Source: the human T2T-CHM13v2.0 reference genome, Homo sapiens
DNA length: 64,000 bases
Strand: one strand, 5' to 3'
Assembly: GCF_009914755.1 (NCBI RefSeq)
Contig: NC_060946.1
Both the position numbers and the translations under genes were made by a program. Shown here piece by piece: positions 47,894 through 60,652 of the stretch (positions within the stretch are counted from its first letter, which is position 1; each line of letters opens with the position of its first letter). Below the pieces are notes generated by a model, which saw nothing but the letters and a program-made list of their open reading frames with translations, made no database searches and was not told the DNA's origin.

Positions 47894-49164
47894 AGGCTGC
47901 CGTGGGAATCTGTGGAGGAGGAGGCTGGTCCTGTCGGGAGGGGTGGGGGTAGGGCCAGGCCGGGCTGGTGCGGATCTGCCGGCCCACATCTGCACAGAGC
48001 TAGGGGCGTTTCGTCCCCTGGGCAGAGGCCAGCCTGAGCCTCAGAGGAGAGGGGGCCGGTCATCAGCAGGAGGGGAATGGTGGGGCAGAAACAGCAGTTG
48101 CACGGGGCCCCGCCCCACTCACCCTCATCTTCCTGTTCCCCTCAGGCTGCCCCTCCAGGGAGGCATCTGTGTCATCTTCAGTAAATCATGGCTGCACACC
48201 CACGCGCGCCCAGCCTCTGCTAGGTGCTGGGGACACAGTGGTGATGGGTCCCTGTGCTCACGGAGCCCGCACCTCAGAGTGGGAGAAAGATTCCAGACAG
48301 ACAGGCACACAGCTGGGCCGTTTCAGAGCCTGCAAGTGCCAAGAAGGCAGCAGAGCCGGTGGAGTGACCGTGACCGGGGCTGGGGGTGGGGGTCTTCCTG
48401 GCTGGGTGGTCCGGGAGGACTGGCTGGGGATTCCTGAAGAACCAGAGGGGAGAGCCTTGCTGAGGCAGTGACCACCGGCTTTCCAGATGAGAGGCAGGAG
48501 TCTCAGAGGGCAGCGTCCAGATGAGACCCAGGGCACCTGGCTACATGAGAACATTGAACACGCCAGGAACACGTTTACAGTGTGAACAGGTCCCATGCGG
48601 TATTTGGGACATAGTCACACTAAAAAGTTATTTGTTGCTTATCTGAAATTCAGATTTAACTGACTGTCCTTATTCTTCTTTGTGAAGTTGGCAAGCCTGT
48701 CAGAGAGTGGGGGGTGACTTCCCTGGGCCATGAGGGGCCGTGCCCTGCCTGATCGCCTGCCCGGCACCCCTGCCCGATGGCCTGCCTGGCACCCCTGCCC
48801 TGTCCTCCTGGGATGCTGCTTTTGGGTTGCCCGCCCACTTTGCCCCTTCAATCCCTTCTCACTGGGAGCCTGGTGAAGGAGAAACACCAGCTGACCCCAC
48901 CTCTGCAGCTCAGTTCAGTGGTTCCATGGCTCCCGGGACCTGCCCGATGCCTGCAGGGCTCTGGGCGTTCCAGTCCTCACCCACTGCCCAGCGTGGCTTC
49001 ATGGACCAGCCATGCTGACCTGCCCTGCTCTGCCCTTCTCCCACCTCTGCTGGGCTCTTCACCCTTCAAGCCCCCACTTAGGCGTCACTGTCTCGAGAAA
49101 CTTCCCTGTCACTCCAGGCTGTTCCCACCCTCTGACTCTCAGCTCCTCCCTGAAAAAAATTAGC

Positions 49165-50620
49165 CTTTTAAGAAACTGTGGTGAAGTATACACAAATGAC
49201 GTAAAATTTACCATTTTAATTCTTATTAAGTGTAGAGTTCAGTGGCATTAGGAATGTTCCTAGACACTTCTCAAAAGAAAACTTATGAAAAAAACCTCAT
49301 CATCAGTGGTCATTAAAGAAATGCAAATCAAAACCACAATGAGATACCATCTCATGCCAGTCAGAATGGCGATCATTAAAAAGTCAGGAAACAACAGATG
49401 CTGGTGAGGCTGTGGAGAAATAGGAACACTTTTACACTGATGGTGGGAGTACAAATTAGTTCAACCATTGTGGAATCCAGTGTGGCGATGCCTCAAGGAT
49501 CTAGAACCAGAAATACCATTTGACCCAGCAATCCCATTACTGGGTATATACCCAGAGGATTATAAATCATTCTACTGTAAAGACACGTGCACTTATATGT
49601 TTACTGCAGCACTATTTACAATAGCAAAGACTTGGAACCAACCCAAATGCCCATCAGTGATAGACTGGATAAAGAAAATGTGGCACATATACACCATGGA
49701 ATACTATGAAGCCATATAAAAGAATAAGTTCATGTCCTTTGCAGGGACGTGGATGAAGCCATAAAAAAGAATAAGTTCATGTCCTTTGCAGGGACATGGA
49801 TGAAGCTGGAAACCATCATTCTCAGCAAACAAACACAGGAACAGAAAACCAAACACTGCATGTTCTCACTCATAAGTGGGAGTTGAGCAGTGAGAACACA
49901 TGGACACAGGGAGTGGGACATCACATACTGGGGCCTGTCAAGGGGGTGGGGTCCAAGGGGAGGGAGAGCATTAGGACAGATACCTAATGTATGCGGGGCT
50001 TAAAATTTAGATAACGGGTTGATGGGTGCAGCAAACCATCACGGCACGTGTATACCTATGTAACAAGCCTGCACGTTCTGCACATGTATCCCAGAAGTTA
50101 AAAAAAGAGAATGTTCCTAATGTTCTGTGATCATCACCACCGCCCATCCCCAGAACTCTCCATCTTGCAAAACCAAAACCCTTGGTACGCATTAAACACG
50201 AACTCCCATTCTCCAGTCCCCGGCAGCCACCGTGCCACTGTCTCCATGAGTGTGACCATGCCAGGAACCACGAGTGTGAGTGGAGTCACACGGTATTTGT
50301 CCTTTTATGACTGCTTATTTCACTTAGCACGAGGTTCTCGAGGTTCTTGAGGTTCTCGAGGTTCACGCATGCTGTGGCGCGTGTCGGACTTTTCTCCCTT
50401 CTTCAGGTGCAGTGGGATTCCCGTCACGTGTCTACACCGCACTGGGTTTGGATCCACCCGTTGAGAGGCCCTTGGTTGCTTCCACATTTTGGCTACTGTG
50501 AGGAGTGCTGCTGTGACCCTGGGCGTGCCAATGGCTCCCGAGTCCCTGCGTTCACCTCTGTTGGGTGCGTCCCCAGCGGTGGTGTTGCTGGGTCAGGAGG
50601 TTAAAGTGTCTGAGGAGCTG
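49165..50620 (-). mobile_element. Older antisense L1M 3' end hosting the L1PA insertion
   Basis: gtaaaatttaccattttaa...agttcagtggcatta continues after the L1PA as aatgttctgtgatcatcacc. Confidence 0.65.
49262..50107 (+). mobile_element. 5'-truncated L1PA 3' end (ORF2 C-terminus remnant and 3' UTR)
   Basis: ORF 49468..49719 (EIPFDPAIPLLGIYP...WIKKMWHIYTMEYY) is the L1 ORF2 C-terminus; TSD gaatgttcct. Confidence 0.92.
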
Positions 50621-51419
50621 CCGTGCTGTCTCCAGGGCGGCAGGCTCCCCATTCCCACCTCGGTGATTCATTTCTTTGTGAGGCTGGATTCACCCTTGGA
50701 TGGGTGATGTGCAGTGGGGTTTTTGCCTCCTGTTTCTTCCTCTTTCCATCTCCCCTCCTCTCTTTCTGGCGCACTCTTGCTGTGTGGTCCTCGAGCCACC
50801 CTGATCTTTGTTTCCAGAAGCCCAAAGGAGAACTTGGAGAGTGCGGAAAAGAGAGGAGGGAGTTTGCAGCGAGGAGGAGGAGAGAGGGTCTGGGGCCCAA
50901 GAGGAGTGGCTGTGGGGGCTCTGCCTGGGCAGAGCGGTCCCCAGGGCCACTTGTGGTCTGGAAGAAGCCAGGGCCACTGGCACGAGGGGTGCACATCTTA
51001 GGCCACAGGGCTCGGCTACAGGGCCCTGTACAGTGCCCTGGCACAGTGCAAGGAGGCACAGCCTGGAGGGGCAGACTGAGGAAGAGCCGGGCTGATGGAT
51101 GGGGGCAGAGAGGTGGCCGGGCCTCTCTGAGCTCCTGGGCTGGGAGGCGCCCTGCCCTGCTGAAGGGTCTGCTGCACCCACTCCCCAGCTGGACGGGGCC
51201 CAGGCCCCTCCTGAGCAGGGACCTGCCAGGCCATACGCAGCTCCCACCACCCTGCCTGCAGCTCACGGGCTGGGGCCCGGCCTTCCTCATCTCCAGGGCT
51301 GGCCCTGAACTCCAGGAAGAGGCTTCTGTGCCTCCTCGGACATGCCTGGAGGCCGTGGGGAGGGACGGGCTCCTGCAGGCACTGACTTCTTCCTTCACTG
51401 TCCCCAGCCCTTAGCCTTC

Positions 51420-51760
51420 CCTGCCTCTGTCCGCACCCATCCCTACCTCTCTCTCCCTGTCTCATTCTCTGCCTCTTCCTGTCTTTCTGTCTCTGCCTCT
51501 CGCTTTGTTTGTCTCTTTGTCTGTCTCACTCTCTCCCTCCCTTTATTCCTCCCCCTCTCTCTTTCCCTCCCTCAATCTTTCTGTCTCTTCCTCCCGCTCC
51601 CATCCTCTCTCTCTGTCTCTTCCTCCTTTTTTCTGTCTGTCTCTCATCTATCTCTCTATGTTCATCCCTTCCTCTGTCTCTGTGTCTCCCTCCCTCTCTC
51701 TGTCTCTCCCTCTCTGCCTCTCTGCGCAGACTTTGCATGCCTCCTGTCCATTTCCTCTCT
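51420..51760 (+). repeat. (CT/CTGT)n low-complexity tract
   Basis: Pyrimidine-rich simple sequence. Confidence 0.85.
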
Positions 51761-52387
51761 GAGAGGGAGGGGCTTGCCCATCTCAGGAGGAGAGCCAGAT
51801 TCCTGGTCCTATCCTCACCTCCTGCATCCCCTGCGAAGGTGGGCGCACTCAGGACAGGGCTGCAGTCCCACTGTCAGCCCCTGAGTGATTGTGGCCCAGG
51901 GTCACCCTCAATGGGCAGATAGGGACTATGTGCGGCACCGGGTCTGATGCTGAACTCAGGGCTCAGGGGCTTCTCTCCGCTCCCCAGGGCACCCCCTCTA
52001 CATGTTCTCAACATGGGGTGTCCCCATCAACATGGGGTGTCCCCACAAAGCACATGTTCCTGGGAGGCTTGGAGAGGCAAAAGTCAGGACCTCTGGGCTT
52101 CGGTTGGCTGCAGGTCAGGGTGCAGGCCGCCTGCAACCACAGGGAGGGGGCGTGTTTCCAGGCAGCCACGCAGAGGGACATGGGCACAGGTCTGTCACTG
52201 CGGCCCCCTCCTGCAGCCAGGTGGGCATTTGGAGGGAGCCCCAGGAGTGCTGTTCGCAGCTGTGACGGGCAGGCCATGGGCGTCTCAGGAACACGCCAAG
52301 TGAGAGGCGCTCCACCCAAGCCAGAGCACTGCAAGGGACAGCTGCTCAGACGGGTCTCAATGGTGGCTGCTCTGTCCCTGCTCTGGG

Positions 52388-52808
52388 TATGACCCCTCCT
52401 GGGCGTGTGAGCAGGACCTGGTCACCCACTTCCTGCTAATGAGTAGAATATGGCATAAGTGGTGGGATGCTGCCTCCAAGAGTGGATGACAGAAAGATGC
52501 TGGCTCCTGTCTTGCTCCATGTGGGAGCTGCCCTGTGGAAGCCCACGAGCCGAGGAACCGAAGATGCCACCCTCTGGCCAACACCCAGCAAGGAGCGGAG
52601 ACCCTCAGTCTACAGCCCTCAAGGGACAGAGCCTCCATCCAGCCAGCCCCGGCCCATGTGTGGATGGCAGCATTGGAGAGACTCCACACCAGAGAGGCCC
52701 CGTCAAGCTGCGTCCTGGTTCCCAGCCACAGAAACTGTGAAATAATAAATGTTGTTGTTTTAAGCTGCTAATTTGGGGTAATTTGTTTCACAGGCATAAA
52801 CTAATACA
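52388..52808 (+). mobile_element. MLT1-type (ERVL-MaLR) solo LTR
   Basis: Ends cacagaaactgtgaaataataaatgttgttgttttaagctgctaatttggggtaatttgtt...ctaataca. Confidence 0.8.
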
Positions 52809-52809
52809 A

Positions 52810-53279
52810 GTACACGCCGTACTGTGCTATGAAATCATGCCCTATATTATATGGAATTCTAGAACAGAAAAAATCAATCTATGGTGGGAAAAAGCCCTCA
52901 GAACGGTGGTTGCCTCCTGGGAGTAGGGGCAGGGTTGACTGAGGAGAGGCACGAAGAAGCTTCATGCTGGGATGATGGTGAGTGATGTCCATCTTGATGG
53001 GGTTTGGGTTACACAGGGGTATGCATTTGTCAACATCCAGAAAGTGTCTTTCAAGATTTGCAGATTTCCTTGTATGTAAATGTTACATGAGAAATAATAA
53101 ACACTGCAGCATTTGGAGGAAGTGTGCTGATGTCTTCCATTTTCTTTGAAATGCATTGAAAAATAAGATGTATTGCTGAGTGGAGAGCGGGATGGCTGGA
53201 TGGATATATGATAAAGCAAGTATTATTCTACATAAATGGTAGAATTCTAAGTGATGGGCATAAGAATGATCACTAAACA
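52810..53279 (+). mobile_element. Old L1M 3' UTR fragments
   Basis: aatctatggtg...tcagaacggtggttgcctcctgg...ggttacacaggggtatgcatttgtcaa. Confidence 0.55.
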
Positions 53280-53584
53280 TTTTTTTTTTTTTGAGTTGGA
53301 GTCTTACTCTGTCACCCAGGATGGAGTGCAGTGGCGCTATCTCGGCTCACTGCAAGCTCCGACCCCGGGTTCACATCATTCTCCTTCCTCAGCCTCCTGA
53401 GTAGCTGGGACTACAGGCGCCTGCCACCACACCTGGCTAATTTTTATTTTTATCTTTTGGATTTTTAGTAGAAATGGGGTTTCACCGTGTTAGCCAGGAT
53501 GGTCTCGATCTCCTGACCTTGTGATCCGCCCGCCTTGGCCTCCCAAAGTGTTGGGATTACAGGCATAAGCCAGCATGCCCGGCC
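53280..53584 (-). mobile_element. Alu (AluY/Sc-like), antisense
   Basis: gcaagctcc, gtgttagccaggatggtctcgatc; TSD cactaaaca. Confidence 0.9.
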
Positions 53585-55462
53585 CACTAAACACTTTTTC
53601 TCAATTTTGTTGTGTGTCTAAACATTTCATAAAACACCAGGAAAAATCATTTATTTCACAAATGTTCACAGCATGCTTAATGGCAAAAATAAGAATAATG
53701 AAATGGCTCTGTGGTCTGAGTAGTAATTCTAATCAAGGTTTCTTACATGCTAGGCATCTGAGGAGGCTTCTTAATGTGTTCTTCCATCCTGATCGCTACC
53801 CACAAGGAAGCAGTGATGGTTCTTAATTTACAGATGGGGAAACTGAGGCACAGGGCATTCACTGCATAGAGGTCATGCAAGAAGGACGTGGCAGAGCTGA
53901 GATGTCTCCAGGTCCAGGTGCTCTGAATGATTGAGCTGTGTTAACCTACGGATTGCCATTTCCACCTGTGCCTCAATTTCCCAGTGTCTCAGAGATACAA
54001 ATTGCTATGTGGGTGAAGTCAGGTGACAGCGGTTCACTCTGCCCAGCTGTGCTATAGCGCCGGTGCACAGCAGGTGCAGTGGCCGGAGGAAGGGCAGGCG
54101 CTGTCCCCTCCTGGCTGTGTCTTCCCTTTGAGGCTGGCCTCCTCTGGGTGTGGGGCTCAGCCACCTGGCTGGGAGGTTTCCCTGGGGGCCTCACTCATGA
54201 GGTCCAGTCTGTGTCACATCCAGAAGTGACTTGGTGAAAAGATGCACCACTTCACAGCAGCCCTGGGCTGTGGCTCCAGGCTGTCCCTTTGCAAAGAAGG
54301 AGGTGGTTCAGGCCCCCACAGCCCTGGCCTGCGAGGAAAGCCTCAGAGCCCATCTCTGGGAGTATCCACGGGGCTCAGGAAACTGCCTCCCTAAGTCTCC
54401 CAGCCCTTGTAATGTGCATTGTAATCCCACGCTTTGCACAGTGGAGAGATGGAGGAAAGGACTCAGAGAATAGCACAGGGCTGTCTTGCCCCTGGGCCTT
54501 GGCCCATGCTGCTCCTGGTACTGGGGTCACCTCTGTGACCACCACTCCCGCTCTCCTTGCACCCCCGAATGGTGTTAGGTGTCACAGGTTCTATATCCAC
54601 ATGAGCTTCTCCAGGCGGGGACAAAGCCAGATTCTCCTTTAAATCCCCTCTCTGGCTGGGGGCCTGGCACAGTGAAGATGGAGGAAGGAGCCCGAAGCAG
54701 GGCCTGGGGAGAGACACAGGGTGCAGGGGTGGGTGCCTGGGCTTCACCGCCCTTCACCCGCATGCCAGCCTGCTGAAGCGGTGTTCTCCTTCCTGCTTCT
54801 GCGAATGAGGAATGGAGGCTGGGGGAGGTGAAGCAACCTCTCCAGGGACCCCACCCACAGGGCATCACCAGGACTAGCCCTGACCGGTGGACTCTGACGC
54901 CCACGCTCTTTCTGGCTAGAGCCACAGGTTTTAAGGATGTAAGGGAAAATAAACCACTCTTTGCAGACCTCTGTGGGCTTCTGGGAGTCCTTAACAGCTG
55001 ATTAATGGACAGGCCGTGCTCTCAGCTTCCCACTGCTCTTTGATCCTAAAACCCAGGGGCTCTGCTCTGAAATGGGGTGACCGAAGGGGACGGTGCAGAG
55101 GAGCAATTTTTCTCTGCCCTGCAGTGTAGCGACTAAAATAGATCCTCATCAGGTCACAGGGCTGGCCCAGGCTGCAGGAAGCGCGGGAGGTGGACAGGGA
55201 GGCTGTGGGTTGCACCCAGGCCCTGGGGCCTCCTCCTGCAGTGATGGGGGCAATGGGTGGCTCTGGGTGTGACCCCAGCTCCGGCCTCCTTTTTCATCTG
55301 GGATTTATGTCCTGTGGTGCATGGGGTGGAGGGGAGGAGGAGCAGATGGGCTTCTGAGTGGCACTTTCTTTCTCAAGAACCTCCCGGTCACTGTGGATAA
55401 ACACTGAACAGGTGCAGTCCAGGAGCTCTCCGTTTCCCAAGGCAGCATGGAAGGTAGGGGAA

Positions 55463-56262
55463 ACCTCCCCCATCACCTCCTCCATCACTCCCCATCACCT
55501 CCCCTTCATCACCTGTCCCATCACTCCCCATCACCTCCCCTTCACCTCCCCATCACCTCCTCCTTTACCTCCCCTTCATCACCCCCCCATCACTCCCCAT
55601 CATCTCCCCTTCACCTCCCCTTCACCTCCCCATCACCTCCCCATCACCGCCTCCTTTGCCTCCCCTTCATCACCTCTCCCATCACTCCTCATCACCTCCC
55701 CATCACCTCCTCCTTCACCTCCCCATCACCTCCTCCTTCACTTCCCTTCACCTCCCCATCACCTCCCCTTCACCTTCCCTTCACCTCCCCATCACCTCCT
55801 CCTTCACTTCCCTTCACCTCCCCATCACCTCCCCTTCACCTTCCCTTCACCTCCCCATCACCTCCTCCTTCACCTCCCCATCACCTCCTCCTTCACCTCC
55901 CCATCACTGCCTCCTTCACCTCCCCATCACCTCCTCCTTCACCTCCCCTTCACCTCCCCATCACCTCCTCCTTCACCTCCCCATCACCTCCTCCTTCACC
56001 TCCCCATCACCTCCTCCTCCTTCACTTGCTGTCACCTCCTCATCACTCCCCATCACCTTCCCCATCACTCTCTATCACCTCCCCGATCACCTGCCCATCA
56101 CTCCTCATCACCTCCTCCTTCACCTCCCCATCATTCCCCATCACCTCCTCCTTCACCTCCCCATCACCTCCTCCTTCTTCACTCACCGTCACGACCTCCC
56201 CATCACTCCCCATCACCTCCCCCATCACCTCCCCATCACTCCCCATCACCTCGCCCATCACA
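55463..56262 (+). repeat. ~800-bp degenerate C/T-rich minisatellite (catcacctcccc / ttcacctcc units)
   Basis: Almost G-free + strand with recurring tcacctcc core. Confidence 0.95.
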
Positions 56263-56321
56263 TCCGCCCGCCTTAGCCTCCCAAAGTGCTGGGATTACAG
56301 GTGTGAGCCACCGCGCCCGGC
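56263..56321 (-). mobile_element. Alu 5' fragment (59 bp), antisense
   Basis: ccgcccgccttagcctcccaaagtgctgggattacaggtgtgagccaccgcgcccggcc. Confidence 0.9.
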
Positions 56322-56575
56322 CTCTAAGGCAGGATTTCTATGTCACAGTCTCTGGGTGGGATTCTATGTTCTTTGGAAAGCCTCTGTTTTTCCTCTGAAG
56401 GCCTTCAGCAGATTGGATGAGGCCCACCCAGGTGACGAGGGGTAATTGCTTTTACTCACAGTTAACTGATTGTAGGTGTTAGTCATAGCCACAAAATACC
56501 TCCACAGAAACATCTAGATTTGCATTTGGCTGAGCAACCGGGCACCGTAGCCCAGCCATCCTGACACATAAATCA
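56322..56575 (-). mobile_element. MLT2-type LTR fragment
   Basis: gattggatgaggcccaccc...acatctaga...gcccagccatcctgacacataaa. Confidence 0.65.
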
Positions 56576-57499
56576 GAGGGTACGGCTGGGTTCAAACCCT
56601 GGCTCCAGCCCGTGTGAGTGGTGGCCCATCTGCCGCACCTGAGCCTTGGCAGCCGGCAGGCTGGTGGCACTTCTCCTGGCGGGCTGCTGAGAGGAGCAGA
56701 GAAGGCTGCGTGCATTGGGTTCCCAGCTGGGAGTCCTGACACCCGTCCTCTGGCCTGCTGTGTCACTGCAGAGCCTGTTGTGGGAATGTTGCCAGCCGCA
56801 GGAAGCCAGTCCTCATCCCTGGGAGAAGAGCTTCTTTGTAGTCATTAGAGCTCTGATGGCTTCTTGATGACATGTTTGCACAGTGGGTGGCCTGAGGACT
56901 CCAGTGACTGCAGGCAAGGTGTCATCGATGGCTTTGGAGATGAAATTTCTAGTCCTGCTAGCCCTGGGTCCGTCCCATCTCTGGAGTGTGCACTGTCTCC
57001 TGCCAGGTAAGGCTGGGCTGCTCCTAGAGTCCCACCTGTTCCAGCCCAGGGGAGGCCGCCTGCTGCTCTGACTCCAGTGCTATTGACCATGTGGTCCCCG
57101 CACAGGCATAGTCCTCCCCCAGGCCCTGGAGCCTTGGCCTGAATGTGCTGTTGCCTGAGTAACACGGCCCCTGTCCTCAGACGCGCTGTGGCCATTGTCC
57201 TCTTGTCCCTGGGCCGCCTTTGTGTGTGCCTGTGTCCCCGACTACCTAGGAATTCCTGGAGAGCAGGACCACAGCTGCGTTGTCTGGAGCTCGGTGGCCA
57301 GTGTGGGGCCTTGCCTAGAGCTTTGCCTTGGTGGGAAGAAGCGGCGGAATCTTTCTCAGCACCAGTGTCCCATTTGCAGTGCCAGGGGCCACTTGGGCTC
57401 TGTAACCCGCCGTCCCACCTTCTGAGAGCCAGGCCAGATAAACATCCTGACGTCCCTACGCCAGACAGCGATTCTGCATGTGACACTAAGCTGTGGGAT

Positions 57500-57911
57500 C
57501 ACAAAGAGAGGCTTTGATTCTGGCAAATGGTGGGCCCGTGGACTGTGCTGTCCCACCAGCTGACACACCCTTGGTCCCAGGGGTTTTCGTCCTGCTTGTT
57601 AACCCCTGACATGGCAGGCAGCTCTCCTGTGAACAGTGATGAGGGACACAAGCACACCCATCTCATGGCTCTGCCATCGTCACCCTAAGGCTTCTAAGGC
57701 CACTGAAGAAGGGGAAGGGCATGGAGCATTGTGTGGGAGGGTTTTATGGGCCAGGCTCAGGAATGGTGCCCACCACTCCCACCCACATCCCACTGGACAG
57801 AACGCAGACACGTGGCCGTGCTCAGTGCAGGGGAGTCTGGCTCTGCGGTCCAGCTGTGAGCCCAGAGGAAGAAGAAATGGTTTGGTAAAGCAGTGAGACC
57901 TGTTCTGCTAC
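57500..57911 (-). mobile_element. Old MLT1 LTR fragment
   Basis: ccagctgtgagcccagaggaagaagaaatggtttggt...ctgctaca; left boundary approximate. Confidence 0.45.
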
Positions 57912-58665
57912 AGTCAGACTTTCTGGGGCGGGGGTGGGGTAGGAGGGCTTCTGCTACAAAACCCCTAAAAATCCAGGACAAGTTGCCACAAACTTCTTTA
58001 TTCAACGCACAGCTAAGTTTGCAAGGGAGTAAGGAAAATTTCTGAGAGCCAGAAATGAAGAGGAAACTGATGCCAGACAGGAAGCAAACGCTGACTTCTG
58101 GATGCCCTGAGGCGTTTTGCCCACATCTGGGGCCTGGGACCTTGTGCAGGGAACAGAAGACACTACATCTTGAGCTGAGAAAAGGTTGGGAGTGGCACGT
58201 AAGACTCTTATCTCAAGCTGGAGTCCTCAAAGGCTGTACCTTCAGTGTAAGGGCTCTAAAACAACAAACTTCTAGCAAATAAAAATGACAATGATATTCA
58301 TTTGTCCTGGCCTCTGCAATCAATGTGGATAAAAGGATTCCTTCCTAAGAATGTGTCAGTTTAGGCTGCGGATCGCTCGGGATCGGGTTCAAATTTTTGG
58401 AGTGGTCCAGAAACCCCAAGCCAAGAAATTAACCTAAAGAGGTGTTGGGTTGGTGGACCTGGGCACACGGCCAGAGCAAGCCCTCATCAGGGTCCTACCG
58501 GGTCCCTACAGAACACTGCCAGGCCCACAGCCTCAAACTGCAAAACCTAGGAGAGAACATTCCACAGTGAGTCGCAGTTGAAAGAAGCCATACATGTAAA
58601 ACTAGATCAAAAGATTTGACGTTTGAATGATCAGAAATAGAATAAAAATAAGTTTAAAAATCCTA

Positions 58666-58952
<287 letters not shown>

Positions 58953-58954
58953 GA

Positions 58955-59700
58955 CATTTAAAATATGGAGAGCATAGACAAGGAAAAACAGACTACAAAA
59001 GTGTTCAGGGAGATATGAAAAAAAGAGTCAAACAGAACTTCTTGAAATGCAAAATGTAATAAGTGAAATGAGAAACTCAGTGCATTGGCTGAACAGCAAA
59101 TAGACCCAGTGCAGGAAGGAATCAGCGGACTAGAAGATGGAGCTGAGGCAACCGCCAGAAGGTACAACGCAGGACAGAACTTGCGAGGTGGAAGCTCAGA
59201 GGGAAGGTCAGAGCGAGAAGTGAGAATGCTCATCCGCTCGCAGCTCCAGAAAGCGCTAAGAGGGAGAGGGGCGAGACTTGCTGTTCAAAGAGATAATGGC
59301 TGAGGATTTTCCAGAATTGTTAAAAGACACGAATTTCAGTTCAGAGAACATGATAAAGCATGAGCAAGGGATTAAACAAAAACTCCATGCTTGGACCCAA
59401 CACAGTGATATACAATAGCAAAGAGACGGTTTCAAAAGAAGCTGCTGAGGAGACTAATTACCTACAAATGCATGGCAACTAGGTGGCAGACCAACTTCCT
59501 GACCGCACTAATAGAGACCACAGGCCTGGAAAACAACGTCACCAAACACTAGTATGAACAGGTTAAATAACTGCCCACCTCGCATTTGTACTGAGTAAAA
59601 ATATCTTTCAAGAACAAGATGTCGGCATCTTCGGACAATCCCAAGTGAGCTTGGAGCCTCCCTTGAGCCATTTCTAAAGGAAAATATTTCCAGAAGGAAG
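58955..59700 (+). mobile_element. Old L1M ORF1 remnant
   Basis: gaacttcttgaaatg...aactcagtgcattggctgaacagc...gagataatggctgaggattttccagaatt. Confidence 0.6.
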
Positions 59701-60371
59701 GTCCCAAGAGGCAAGAGTGAGAGGGCAAAGAAATGGTCAACTGTGCGGGAGAAGCTGAACACACATTCACTTCCTAGAACAATTGTCCTAATGCCTAATT
59801 TGGGGGATAAAAGAGACTGAGCGTCCATCAGGATACTAGCGTTTCCCATGATGCTGATGTTGATGCTTTCCGGAAAAATACTAAATACCAGATTCTTCTA
59901 GAACTGTTTTCTGCTTTGCCAGTGCTCCGAGTACACACTTTGTCCACCTATGAGCCCCTTGACCACAGTGCAGAGAACACTGTCAGGCCGCAAACTCTTG
60001 GCCGAAGGAGAGAATTCCCTGGATGCTGGTTCCCTTGGGACCCAGTCTCCCATGCCCCAGCCTAGTGGGTCTCCCCAGAAACACCTGGTCACTTAAGACT
60101 TGGGTGCTGGGCCCTGCCCAGGAGTGGCTGATCCCTGCTGAGAATCAGCGTTTCTACAAGCTCCCAGGTGCTGGTCCCAGACCAGTCTGAGAAGCGCTGC
60201 TGTAGCTGATGACCCCCTCGTCTCCTCAGCCTGTTGCAGGGTTAACACCCCTCCTCCAGGAAGCCTTCTGGCAGAAACACCTCAGCAGGCAAGCTCTGCG
60301 TCTCTATCATGGTCTGCTAAGAACGCAGCAGATGCAGAATCAGTTGCAGCTGAATGACTGGCTGTGTGAAT

Positions 60372-60483
<112 letters not shown>

Positions 60484-60561
60484 TAAAGGGCACGTCTGGC
60501 TGGGGATCTTCGGGCGGCGTTAGAGGCTAAGGATACCTCTAGGCCCTCTCCCCCACCAGGA

Positions 60562-60652
60562 AACACACACACCCCCCCACATACCCACACACACACCCCC
60601 CACACCCACACCCCCCACACCCACACCCACAGCCCCACCCCCGACACACACA
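60562..60652 (+). repeat. (CA/CCCACA)n simple repeat
   Basis: acacacac...cccacacccacac. Confidence 0.85.

Noticed and set aside
49468-49719. ORF with reverse-transcriptase-element similarity
   Set aside because: C-terminal remnant of a 5'-truncated L1 ORF2, not a gene
50601-51414. Two opposing ~265-aa ORFs downstream of the gene
   Set aside because: No recognisable protein or exon structure; consistent with chance in GC-rich DNA
54097-54110. REST half-site ggcgctgtcc
   Set aside because: Only the right half matches; no left half at a valid spacing
55358-56445. Long Pro/Ser/His ORFs in all three + frames
   Set aside because: Translation of a G-free minisatellite that rarely forms stops; the ORFs run into an Alu
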